From contig NZ_SWBM01000006.1 of NCBI RefSeq assembly GCF_005116465.1, forward strand, positions 112,993-144,992: 32,000 nt of DNA, in the 5' to 3' direction. Each line of letters starts with the position of its first letter. Position 1 is the stretch's first letter. The DNA is from Robertmurraya kyonggiensis (GTDB lineage: Bacteria > Bacillota > Bacilli > Bacillales > Cytobacillaceae). The notes under the pieces were generated by a model that saw only the letters and a program-made list of their open reading frames with translations, ran no database searches and was not told the origin of the DNA. A program made the translations under genes and the position numbers. Below, in pieces: positions 23,410 to 31,990 of the stretch.

Positions 23410-23425
23410 ATACCTAGGGGGGTAA
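23410..23425 (+). promoter_or_regulatory. Fifth CstR-type operator, ATACCTAGGGGGGTAA.
   Basis: It has one mismatch to the dyad and lies immediately upstream of the GTG start at 23432. Confidence 0.4.
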
Positions 23426-23431
23426 GGTGAA

Positions 23432-24559
23432 GTGGCAGTAAAACCAATGACATCAAAGGAAGTTGCCAAAAAGGTAATGAATAAAGAGCCATTCTTTATT
23501 CTAGACGTAAGAAACGAAGGTGATTTCGCTGATTGGAAAATTGAAGGTGAAAACTTTGACTACTTCAATATCCCATATTTTGAATTGCTTGATGGGGTAG
23601 AAGTGATTATGGATAAAATCCCTACTGATAAAGAAGTATTGGTCGTGTGCGCAAAAGAAGGATCTTCCGTAATGATAGCTGAGTTCTTATCGGAAGCTGG
23701 TTTATCCGTTTCATATCTTGTTGGAGGTATGAAGGCATGGAGTGAACATTTAGAGCCAATTAATATTGGTAACTTAAAAGACGGTGGAGAAATTTATCAA
23801 TTCGTCCGTCTTGGTAAGGGATGCTTATCATACATGGTAGTATCAAATGGTGAAGCAGCTATTATTGATTCTACACGTATGACAAATGTTTACATTGATT
23901 TTGCAAATAGCATTAATGCAAAAATTACACACGTATTTGATACTCATCTTCATGCTGACCACATCTCTGGTGGTAGAGTAATTGCTGAAATGACACATGC
24001 AACTTACTGGTTGCCACCAAAGGATGCTGCGGAAGTCACATTTGAATATCGAGCTTTAGAAGATGGAACTGAAGTAACGATTGGAACCACAGCAATCAAC
24101 ATTCATGCGTTATATTCACCAGGACACACAATCGGATCAACCACTTTCGTAGTTGATGATCAATACCTATTATCCGGGGATACTTTATTCATTGATTCAA
24201 TCGGAAGACCTGACTTAGCTGGTTTAGCAGAAGATTGGGTAGCTGACTTAAGAGAAAGCTTATACAAGCGTTATAGAGAATTATCTGAAGAATTAGTAGT
24301 TCTTCCAGCACACTTTATGATTTTAGAAGAACTAAACGAAGATGGAAGTGTAGCAGAAAAACTAGGTACGTTATTCGCTAAAAACCATGGTTTAAACATT
24401 GAAGACGAAGAAGTATTTAGAAAGTTGGTTACCGAAAACTTACCACCACAACCAAATGCTTACCAAGAAATTCGTGAAACAAATATGGGGAAAATCAACC
24501 CAGATGAAGAAAAGCAACGTGAAATGGAAATCGGACCTAACCGTTGTGCGGTTCGCTAA
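23432..24559 (+). CDS. yrkH: Rhodanese plus metallo-beta-lactamase-fold persulfide dioxygenase (YrkH/CstB-like).
   Basis: An N-terminal rhodanese-like domain ([10 protein letters not shown]) precedes the MBL motif [11 protein letters not shown]. It is 375 aa long and starts at a GTG behind AAGGTG. Confidence 0.7.
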   Translation: MAVKPMTSKEVAKKVMNKEPFFILDVRNEGDFADWKIEGENFDYFNIPYFELLDGVEVIMDKIPTDKEVLVVCAKEGSSVMIAEFLSEAGLSVSYLVGGMKAWSEHLEPINIGNLKDGGEIYQFVRLGKGCLSYMVVSNGEAAIIDSTRMTNVYIDFANSINAKITHVFDTHLHADHISGGRVIAEMTHATYWLPPKDAAEVTFEYRALEDGTEVTIGTTAINIHALYSPGHTIGSTTFVVDDQYLLSGDTLFIDSIGRPDLAGLAEDWVADLRESLYKRYRELSEELVVLPAHFMILEELNEDGSVAEKLGTLFAKNHGLNIEDEEVFRKLVTENLPPQPNAYQEIRETNMGKINPDEEKQREMEIGPNRCAVR

Positions 24560-24581
24560 GAAATAGGAGGAGGAATTATTA

Positions 24582-24809
24582 ATGGAAGCAACAAAAGTAG
24601 TAGATGCAAAGGGACTAGCATGCCCAATGCCAATCGTAAAAACAAAAAAGGCTATGAATGAACTTGAAACTGGACAAGTTCTAGAGATTCATGCAACAGA
24701 TAAAGGGGCAAAAAATGACCTTGCTGCTTGGGCGAAGTCTGGAGGACACGAATTAATGAAACATGAAGAAGAAAGTGATGTATTAAAGTTTTGGATTAAA
24801 AAAGGTTGA
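24582..24809 (+). CDS. yrkI: TusA/SirA-like sulfur carrier (YrkI-like, 75 aa).
   Basis: It carries the GLACPMPIVKTKKAM motif and is a close paralogue of the N-terminus of the 22806 gene. Confidence 0.75.
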   Translation: MEATKVVDAKGLACPMPIVKTKKAMNELETGQVLEIHATDKGAKNDLAAWAKSGGHELMKHEEESDVLKFWIKKG

Positions 24810-24868
24810 TTGATATAAGGGGACCACGTTAGGTTCCCTTTAATCTTATTTAAAAAGGAGGGTTGGAA

Positions 24869-25645
24869 ATGGATTATGCATTTATTATTACCATATTTCT
24901 AATTGGATTTATTGGTTCCTATATTTCAGGGATGCTAGGGATAGGAGGCTCCATCATTAAATATCCAATGCTTCTTTATATTCCACCGTTGTTTGGACTT
25001 GCTGCTTTTTCAGCACACGAAGTATCTGGAATTAGTGCCATTCAAGTGTTCTTTGCAACAATTGGAGGAGTATGGGCATATCGAAAAGGTGGATATTTAA
25101 ATATAACTCTTTTTATTTATATGGGTTCAGCTATTTTAATTGGTAGTTTCATAGGTGGATTTGGTTCGAAAATGATGTCCGAAGGTGGCATTAATGTTAT
25201 TTATGGAATGCTTGCATTAATAGCGGCTGTTTTGATGTTTGTACCTAAGAAGGGAATCGATGATATTCCATTTGATCAAGTAAAGTTCAACAAATGGCTG
25301 GCAGCAATACTCGCATTAATAGTTGGTATAGGAGCAGGTATTGTTGGAGCTGCGGGAGCATTTTTATTAGTTCCAATTATGTTAGTTGTATTAAAGATTC
25401 CAACCAGAATGACCATTGCCAGCTCTTTAGCGATTACGTTTATTTCGTCAATTGGGGCTACTATAGGCAAGATTTCTACAGGCCAAATTGATTACTTCCC
25501 TGCATTTATCATGATAATTGCGAGCTTAATCGCATCTCCACTAGGAGCGATGGCAGGCAAGAAAGTAAATACAAAAGTATTACAAGTAATACTAGCGATA
25601 TTAATTGCAGCAACAGCAATAAAAATTTGGATCGACATTCTATAG
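24869..25645 (+). CDS. yrkJ: TauE/SafE-family sulfite/organosulfur exporter (YrkJ-like). The start was moved to the ATG at 24869.
   Basis: It is a polytopic membrane protein with Gly-rich helices ([23 protein letters not shown]). An AAGGAGG SD lies 6 nt upstream of the ATG. Confidence 0.7.
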   Translation: MDYAFIITIFLIGFIGSYISGMLGIGGSIIKYPMLLYIPPLFGLAAFSAHEVSGISAIQVFFATIGGVWAYRKGGYLNITLFIYMGSAILIGSFIGGFGSKMMSEGGINVIYGMLALIAAVLMFVPKKGIDDIPFDQVKFNKWLAAILALIVGIGAGIVGAAGAFLLVPIMLVVLKIPTRMTIASSLAITFISSIGATIGKISTGQIDYFPAFIMIIASLIASPLGAMAGKKVNTKVLQVILAILIAATAIKIWIDIL

Positions 25646-25662
25646 AAGCTTGATTAATCGCA

Positions 25663-25690
25663 AAGTACAGCCCTTGAGCTGTGCTTTTTT
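25663..25690 (+). terminator. Rho-independent terminator of the sulfur operon.
   Basis: AAGTACAGC pairs with GCTGTGCTT, and a T-run follows. Confidence 0.7.
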
Positions 25691-25860
25691 ACTACTTAAA
25701 TGTGTAGTAGAGGGCTTAATACGGACGAGGAACTTAATTTAGTAAGAATATGATTTTGAAATAAGGGGTGATTATTTAATAGGAAGGTGGCTTTTGTCTT
25801 ATTCAAGTAACGCACAGGTTTGTTAAGTAACAAAATGAAAAAACATTAATCTATAATATT

Positions 25861-26349
25861 TCAGGGTTGGCAACATAAATTTCCTTCGCCCTTTTCTAGA
25901 GCAGATTTTAGACTATCAAGAACACCTGACCAAGCCATTTGGTGCGAGTTAATTGCTTCAGTCCAGTCCTCATTCTCTTTAAATCCATTTTGTTCAACCA
26001 TAACTTTTGTAGAATTATCATTGATTGATTTTAAACTTACTTTAACATTTGATAATTCATTTTCATCGTTCATTAATGTCTCAAATTGGTCTGGAGCTTT
26101 CCAAGTAAAATGCAACTCTTTTTCATTTATTAGTTTTGTGATCTTACAACCTTTAGTATTCATACCTTCACTATTACCAGGTATAAAATAAAGTTCATAT
26201 GCACCACCTCCATAGCCTCTACTATAGCTTCAGGTGCAAACCATTCAGAAACTCTTTCAGAGATTGTCCAGGCAAACCATACTAAATTTAATGGTGCATT
26301 AATAGTTACCTCTTTAATAATAGCTTTTTCGTTTTTAGTTTTTTGTCAA
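25861..26349 (-). pseudogene. SRPBCC/AHSA1-domain protein gene with frameshifts.
   Basis: The C-terminal 100-aa ORF contains ELHFTWKAPDQ...VKVSL...TKVMVEQNGF. The N-terminal part (KAIIKEVTINAPLNLVWFAWTISERVSEWFAPE) lies in another frame. A further shift falls in the A-run next to the TTG start. Confidence 0.6.
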
Positions 26350-26542
26350 AGATACCTCTCCTTTTGTAAAATTATTACACTTAAAATAGTAACATTATTG
26401 GTAATTTTCAGAAGGGATTATACTCTTATTATCTTTTCTTTAACTAAAGCGTTCTGTTTATCGATTTAAGGAATTATTCCATTAGCCACCAATGGAACAC
26501 GCTTTTTCGTTGGATAGTGGATAGTCACAACAAAAGGAAATA

Positions 26543-26570
26543 TAAAAACGCATTGACATAATCAATGCGT
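26543..26570 (-). terminator. Rho-independent terminator downstream of spoIIP.
   Basis: ACGCATTGA/TCAATGCGT forms a 9-bp stem with a 5-nt loop. A T-run follows on the minus strand. Confidence 0.7.
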
Positions 26571-26615
26571 GTAACTTCTACTAAAATTGTAATTTACTTT
26601 TATTAATCTAAGCTT

Positions 26616-27704
26616 CTAATGCTTCGAATTCCAATAATACTGACCTATTACATATCCTAAAACATCAGCTGTACGGTATAACTCATCTATAGTATTATCT
26701 ACACCACCAATTTCTATAATTACGCTGTTTGGTGTAAGATCTTGATTATAAATTCCGTTCCCTTGGGTAGTATCTTTAATGATTACTCCCCTTGATAAAC
26801 CAGGGTATGATTTATTTATTAAATCATTTAGTGAATTTGTAAAAGCCAAGTTTTTTTCATAATTTTTATGTCCGCTACCAACAACAAATAATATTTTAGC
26901 AAAGGGCTCACCATTAATTTCTTGCGTTGTATATTTCTTTGGTAGAGAATCTCTGTGTATATCAAAAAGCATTTCTAAGTTACGGTTTTCCCTTTTTTCT
27001 TGGATTACAAGCTCTCTGGACATTTGATATGAGCTATTAAAGTTCAGACCTCTTGAGTTCAGCATTGTAATAATATCTGTTTGATCTACAGAGTTCCAAA
27101 CTCCATTAAACTTTAATGCTGATCCTAAACGTTCTCCAATAAGGCTTACATTAAACTCTGAATGATAAGCTTCTTCAGGTTTTGTCCCTTCACTAAAATA
27201 AGGTAAAAAGGACTCTCGGTTATGTGAAAAATAAATGAAAGCTACCTCTTTTCCAAATGTACTGTGAAATTCCCCATGTTCAATTTTAGGTGTTTTTATT
27301 TCCATATCCTTTAAACTATCAATCTTTTTTTGATTTATAGTTGCATTCTTTTTTAGTGAATCAATATCCGGTTCTAATTCCTGTGATATTTTATTATCGA
27401 GACTTTTACTAGGGTTTATTTTTGATTCTGATGAAGAAGAGGCAGAGGTTTCGCCTTTAACGTCATTTGTATTACTAATTTTTTCCGATTTACTATTAGC
27501 TCTATTTGTTTTCGCTTTATCCAAGTCCTCATCTTCTTTATTAATAATTTTTGCATATTCATTTAAGTTCATGTTAATTTTCTTTGCCAAGTGATGAGTA
27601 GATTCCTTAATAAGGATATTTCCGATATATATTAATAGAAAGAGTAAGAGTGTAGTAGATATTAATAATAACCAGCTAATTTTTCTTATGGATAAATTTT
27701 TCAT
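26616..27704 (-). CDS. spoIIP: Stage II sporulation protein P (SpoIIP) family cell-wall amidase/endopeptidase.
   Basis: It has an N-terminal TM helix and the motifs IYFSHNRESFLPYF, FDIHRDS, ILFVVGSGHKNYEKNL and NQDLTPNSVIIEIGGVDNT. Confidence 0.8.
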   Translation of the reverse strand: MKNLSIRKISWLLLISTTLLLFLLIYIGNILIKESTHHLAKKINMNLNEYAKIINKEDEDLDKAKTNRANSKSEKISNTNDVKGETSASSSSESKINPSKSLDNKISQELEPDIDSLKKNATINQKKIDSLKDMEIKTPKIEHGEFHSTFGKEVAFIYFSHNRESFLPYFSEGTKPEEAYHSEFNVSLIGERLGSALKFNGVWNSVDQTDIITMLNSRGLNFNSSYQMSRELVIQEKRENRNLEMLFDIHRDSLPKKYTTQEINGEPFAKILFVVGSGHKNYEKNLAFTNSLNDLINKSYPGLSRGVIIKDTTQGNGIYNQDLTPNSVIIEIGGVDNTIDELYRTADVLGYVIGQYYWNSKH

Positions 27705-28186
27705 TTTCCACCTCGATTACGGATAAGTATTGACTATTATATTATCGGTAGCTAGTTTGCTTTATTTAGAGAAAGAGTTCACAGGCGATCTTATAATTTA
27801 GTCTGCTCTTGGATAAATAGTATAATTTATTGCGTGTCCTCATATAAATTTTAATAAATGTGAGGATGTTTGTTTTGACAAATCCATTGATATTTATTTC
27901 TATAACTTTATTGACACTTGCGATAAATTGGTACAAAAATAATTTGTCGTATAGAAATCACACCAATGTCTGGAATGATGACTGCTACGGCATCTGTAGT
28001 GATGAATGCTCTATCAATTGGTGTAATGAAAGGAATATTATTTAAGAAGATTTATTTCTTTATGCTATTCTTATTAACTATATCTTTGTTTGTAATTGCA
28101 AATAAGACAAAGAAAATGACTTAGCTAAGAATAAATACTTACCGAGTATTAATCTCATGATAATATGAGTCTATTATTTCACCTAG

Positions 28187-28498
28187 CATACCCCATCAAG
28201 TAATGCCATAAAACCTACTGATATCCCTGAAAGTCCACCAACATTTATTCCGACACTAGCATTAGAGAATACAGATGAAATTGAACATGACTTGAAACTA
28301 TTAACCGATAATGTAAAAGTATATTCCCTAGTGAAGTAGCATGAGCATAATGAAACAAAATCAGTGCACATTCATGCTAAACCCAAGAGTACTAATAAAA
28401 TGACATTCGTTGTACTTGAGGAGGGTGCGTATAATTTTATATGTACTATTACTGGTCACGAAAAAGCTGGTATGTATGGATCTAATAGAGTTATTTAA
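28187..28498 (+). pseudogene. Remnant of a cupredoxin-like copper-binding protein gene, with an in-frame TAG at 28337 and no proper start.
   Basis: The C-terminal GAYNFICTITGHEKAGMYG fits the type-1 copper site pattern (C...GH...GM). The upstream LENTDEIEHDL is in the same frame beyond a stop. Confidence 0.35.
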
Positions 28499-28518
28499 AC
28501 AACCCTTAAGGGTTGTTT
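28497..28518. repeat. Left copy of the 22-bp palindromic direct repeat AAACAACCCTTAAGGGTTGTTT flanking the IS (duplicated target).
   Basis: It is identical to 30334-30355. The right copy runs into a T-run, so the uninterrupted site looks like a terminator hairpin. Confidence 0.8.
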
Positions 28519-28527
28519 AAGAGTGTC

Positions 28528-28575
28528 GACAAAAGCCATCGAGAGGCAACCTCTCGATGGCTTTTGTCATTTTTG
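28528..28575 (+). terminator. Perfect 19-bp-stem hairpin plus T-run just inside the left IS end.
   Basis: GACAAAAGCCATCGAGAGG caa CCTCTCGATGGCTTTTGTC is followed by ATTTTT. It would block read-in transcription antisense to the transposase. Confidence 0.55.
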
Positions 28576-28596
28576 GATAGTTGGCTGTAAAAATCC

Positions 28597-28726
28597 ATTG
28601 ATTTCCGCTCCGGGCACTTGCTTTCCGGGGGGGCGGGCGGTGAACTTCCTCGTCGCAGTCGCTCCTGCGGGATTTCACCTGTCCCGCACATCCCCCAGGA
28701 GTCAAGCACCCTCCACTCCAATCAAC
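28597..28726. repeat. G+C-rich ~130-nt internal repeat, left copy, inverted relative to 30127-30252.
   Basis: Its reverse complement (GTTGATTGGAGTGGAGGGTG...CCCGGAGCGGAAATCAAT) aligns with the right copy. The ends are strongly conserved and the centre is divergent. Confidence 0.75.
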
Positions 28727-28740
28727 TAGTTTGGCTCGAC

Positions 28741-30090
28741 TCAAGTAGTTAGCCAAGTCCAAGTCGCCATCTTTTTTAAGTTCATGGCAGCAAAAGTAAG
28801 CATCGCCTGCATAGACAATTTTTTAAGACCTCGTAAGGTTGTCCATCGCATTCCATGCTTTTCTTTCGCATCCGCAAAAACACGTTCAATCGTCTCTTTA
28901 CGTTTCGCGTATATCTGTTTGATTTCTTCATTGTGACGTAAATGTTCTGCCTCTTCTATGTAAGCTTCCCAAATATGACGTTGTATAAGCTTTTGATGGT
29001 TTTTACTTTCAGTGCACTTCGAAAGAAACGGACATTCTGCACAAATCGATGGATTGGATTTATATTGCTTATATCCTTCCTTCGTTGTCGTCGTGTATTT
29101 CAAAACCTGCCCTTGTGGGCAGAGGTAACAATCATAATACTCATCATAGACATAATCATGTTTTCGGAAGAAACCATCTTTCGTTTTTGGACGCGTGTAA
29201 GGGAGGACAGGTAACATCTGGTTCTCTAATAGAAAGTTCGTGATTGCGGGAGTTTTATAAGCTGCGTCAGCAGCTACTGCGAGTGGTTTCTTTACCTTTT
29301 CTAAAACCTTCTCGACAAGCGGTTGTAACATATGACTATCATGTACATTCCCCGGAGTCACTATCGTGCCTAACACAAACCCTTTTTCATCCGTGGTTGT
29401 ATGGAACGAGTAGGCAAACTGTTTGGTACGTTCATCTTTCACATAGTAGCCACTTTCAGGGTCAGTCGTACTTTCCTTAATTTCTTTCCACTCTTCTTTT
29501 TCGAATTTCTCAGGAGGAAATGGCTTTTTTCCATGTTCTTCGCGATCTAAATTGAGTTCCAATTGAAGTTTCTCTTCATAGGCGCGAGTTTCCTTTCGAA
29601 CAACTTTCTTATCAAACTTGCGTTTATTCGCACTGGCTTTTACATGTGTGGAATCTAAGAAAATATGGTCAGCAGACAACAATCCTTTATCCATAATCTC
29701 CTTCAAAATATGATAGAAGATGTTCTCGAACACATCGGTATCGTGAAAGCGACGCTCATAATTTTTACCGAAGGTAGAGAAGTGAGGAACTTCAGTGTAG
29801 AAACCAAATCCTAGAAACCAACGATAGGCCATGTTTGTTTCAATTTCTTTTATGGTTTGGCGCATGGAACGAATCCCAAATATGTATTGGATGAAAATCA
29901 TCTTAAAAAGAACTACTGGATCGATACTTGGACGCCCAACCCCTGAATATAAGTTTTCAACCAAGGGATAGATGAACGAAAAATCAATAGCTACCTCAAG
30001 CTTGCGCACTAGATGATCGTCAGGAACTAATTGATCTATCGTCAGTATTTCTAATTGCGCACGGTCATTTGATTGGTTTCTCGTCATCAT
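28741..30090 (-). CDS. IS1182-family (IS5-like superfamily) DDE transposase.
   Basis: The N-terminal DQLVPDDHLVRKLE...GRPSIDPVVLFKMIFIQYIFGIRSMRQ...NMAYRWFLGF is the characteristic DUF772-type region. The C-terminal DDE region contains AADAAYKT and KRKETIERVFADAKE. Confidence 0.85.
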   Translation of the reverse strand: MMTRNQSNDRAQLEILTIDQLVPDDHLVRKLEVAIDFSFIYPLVENLYSGVGRPSIDPVVLFKMIFIQYIFGIRSMRQTIKEIETNMAYRWFLGFGFYTEVPHFSTFGKNYERRFHDTDVFENIFYHILKEIMDKGLLSADHIFLDSTHVKASANKRKFDKKVVRKETRAYEEKLQLELNLDREEHGKKPFPPEKFEKEEWKEIKESTTDPESGYYVKDERTKQFAYSFHTTTDEKGFVLGTIVTPGNVHDSHMLQPLVEKVLEKVKKPLAVAADAAYKTPAITNFLLENQMLPVLPYTRPKTKDGFFRKHDYVYDEYYDCYLCPQGQVLKYTTTTKEGYKQYKSNPSICAECPFLSKCTESKNHQKLIQRHIWEAYIEEAEHLRHNEEIKQIYAKRKETIERVFADAKEKHGMRWTTLRGLKKLSMQAMLTFAAMNLKKMATWTWLTT

Positions 30091-30126
30091 GGTACGTCAC
30101 CTCGAAAATTATTTATCCTACTTGAA

Positions 30127-30252
30127 GTTGATTGGAACGGAGGGTGGCGACTCCTGCGGGAAAAGCGGGAAAGTCGAGACCCTGGACTGAGCGTAGCGAG
30201 GGAAGCGGCTCGGCCCCGCCCGCGGAAAGCGCCACCCGGAGTGGAAATCAAC
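30127..30252. repeat. G+C-rich ~126-nt internal repeat, right copy.
   Basis: GTTGATTGGAACGGAGGGTGGCGACTCCTGCGGG...CGCCACCCGGAGTGGAAATCAAC has self-complementary termini (GTTGATT/AATCAAC, GGGTGGCG/CGCCACCC). Confidence 0.75.
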
Positions 30253-30333
30253 CTATACTATCTATCATAATTCTATTTTAAAAGAAAAAAGACAGTAGGC
30301 AAACTGAAATCCTTCGAGTTTGTCTACAGTCTG

Positions 30334-30355
30334 AAACAACCCTTAAGGGTTGTTT
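30334..30355. repeat. Right copy of the 22-bp palindromic direct repeat, which with its T-run forms an intact terminator-like hairpin.
   Basis: It is identical to 28497-28518 and is followed by TTTTGTG. Confidence 0.8.
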
Positions 30356-30433
30356 TTTTGTGTGAAATACATTTTTTCTCCACAATTTAGTTCTATAATC
30401 TTAACAAATATAACTCATCAAGGGGACTGGGTA

Positions 30434-31213
30434 ATGATAAGAAGACATAAGAAAAATCATAACGGTGAAGACCATATAGATGAAACATGGTTAATACCGT
30501 ATGCAGACTTACTCACATTATTATTAGCGCTTTTTATTATGTTATTTGCAAGTAGTTCAATTGATGCAGTGAAATTTAAACAACTTGCAGATTCTCTTAA
30601 TAGCTCGATTAACGGTGGAACAGGGATGATGGACTATCCTAGTCCTATACCTAAAGAGCAAAATCAATCCTTAAATAAAGAAGATGCTAAAAATGAAAAC
30701 AACAAAAAACCTGAATTAGAAGATCAAAAATTAACTGAGTTACAGACTAAAATTAATAATTATATTAATGAAAAAAAGTTAAACAATGAGATTAAGGCAG
30801 AACTAAATGAGGATGGTTTGTTAATAACAATCCTAAATGGAGCACTATTTGATGAAGGAAAAGCAGACATAAAAATAGATAAACAATATATTATTCGCGA
30901 GATATCTAACTTATTAGTTTCTGAGAGCGAAAGAAAGATAATTATAGCTGGGCACACTGATAATACACCAATACAAAATTCATCCTTTGATTCGAACTGG
31001 GACTTAAGTGGAATACGTTCTGTAAATTTTTTATCTATTTTACTGGAAAATAATAAACTCAATCCTGACCGATTTAGTGTACAAGGATTCGGTGAATATA
31101 AGCCAATTGAAACAAACTCTACAGTAGAGGGACGTGCAAAAAATAGGCGTGTTGAATTATTGATAGTAGCGAATAATTATGTACTTACCAATATTAGGCG
31201 GAGAACAGTTTGA
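30434..31213 (+). CDS. motB: MotB/OmpA-family protein (flagellar stator MotB-like) with no adjacent MotA-like gene. The start was moved to the ATG at 30434.
   Basis: The N-terminus is DETWLIPYADLLTLLLALFIMLFA (MotB plug and TM). The C-terminal OmpA-like PG-binding domain reads IAGHTDNTP...NWDLSGIRSVNFL...GRAKNRRVELLI. An AAGGGGA SD is present. Confidence 0.75.
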   Translation: MIRRHKKNHNGEDHIDETWLIPYADLLTLLLALFIMLFASSSIDAVKFKQLADSLNSSINGGTGMMDYPSPIPKEQNQSLNKEDAKNENNKKPELEDQKLTELQTKINNYINEKKLNNEIKAELNEDGLLITILNGALFDEGKADIKIDKQYIIREISNLLVSESERKIIIAGHTDNTPIQNSSFDSNWDLSGIRSVNFLSILLENNKLNPDRFSVQGFGEYKPIETNSTVEGRAKNRRVELLIVANNYVLTNIRRRTV

Positions 31214-31639
31214 AGATTATTATTTGGAATCGGAAAATTTCCAATTCATTCACTGTATTTCTTGGAGTTTGCGGGATACAATTTCTCTAGCAATCTTCGG
31301 ACAGGCAGTTTGAAGAATTACTTGTTCACTTAAAGGAAGTAAGGAAAGCATACGATTTATATAATGGGGGAAAAATAAAAGGGCATATTCCAAGGTGGGA
31401 TTTCTACTATTTGAATAGCTAAATTTCCCCCATTGCATTGGGAATTAATTGTTTATTGTATTTAGATTTTTAAAAAAGGAACAATCAATGCGTAAACTTT
31501 ACATATATAAATTTGACATATCAAATATAAAGTACAAAGACATACCTAAAAATACTAATAAATTTTTAGTTTTTTTGATTTAAATTACTACTTTTAGATT
31601 TGGACCTTTTAGAGTGAAAGTGTTTTTTCTACTTTTTTC

Positions 31640-31990
31640 TTATACTAAATGATGGAATTCACTTACGATTTTCATTTGGTTTTCTTTGGTTGACAACTGT
31701 GGTTTTTCATTAAACAAATTAGAAATAAACATTGAATACATTTCTTGAACCTTTGCTTGTTGTATTGCCATTTGTATGTGTATATCTTTTACATGTTTAT
31801 CCTTCATCATTAGTGCTGAAATAAAGTTGTCATTTGCCATAGATTTTGCTGTAGATCTTCCTTCTATGGCTAGATATTTATCTTGACTATTTTTATTTGT
31901 TTGACCTTCATGAATAGATGTCACTATTGTTAAATCTATAGGAGCAAGCTGAACAGAACCTTTTCTACTTGGATCTAATAAGCTTAACAT
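31640..31990 (-). CDS. Hypothetical protein (116 aa).
   Basis: This is an ORF only. The start lies 10 nt from the window edge, so the upstream signals cannot be judged. Confidence 0.35.
   Translation of the reverse strand: MLSLLDPSRKGSVQLAPIDLTIVTSIHEGQTNKNSQDKYLAIEGRSTAKSMANDNFISALMMKDKHVKDIHIQMAIQQAKVQEMYSMFISNLFNEKPQLSTKENQMKIVSEFHHLV

Larger units (their letters stand above)
28519..30333 (-). mobile_element. IS1182-family insertion sequence (1815 bp).
   Basis: It contains a single 449-aa DDE transposase. The imperfect terminal IRs are AGAGTGTCGACAAA and AGACTGTAGACAAA (12 of 14). Identical 22-bp repeats flank the element. Confidence 0.8.

Noticed and set aside
27860-28130. Small Cys-rich ORF (27860..28045) and an overlapping alternative-frame membrane-like ORF.
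   Set aside because: The two readings are mutually exclusive and neither has a convincing SD or recognisable motif. It may be a frameshifted membrane-protein remnant, but I cannot support a call.
28506-28762. Track ORFs of 68-81 aa on both strands, rich in Arg/Pro/Gly (28506..28721, 28517..28762, 28523..28729), and the matching ORF at 30073..30270.
   Set aside because: They lie entirely within the two G+C-rich inverted repeats inside the IS. Their open frames come from the local composition (few A/T-rich stop codons), they have no SD, and they overlap each other on both strands.
30434-31213. Zorya-like defence system (ZorB is MotB-like).
   Set aside because: No ZorA/MotA-like gene or ZorC/D-like genes are adjacent. 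The neighbours are an IS and small unrelated ORFs.
31250-31438. Track ORF of 62 aa on the minus strand.
   Set aside because: It has no SD and no recognisable motif, and it lies in an intergenic stretch after the motB-like gene.
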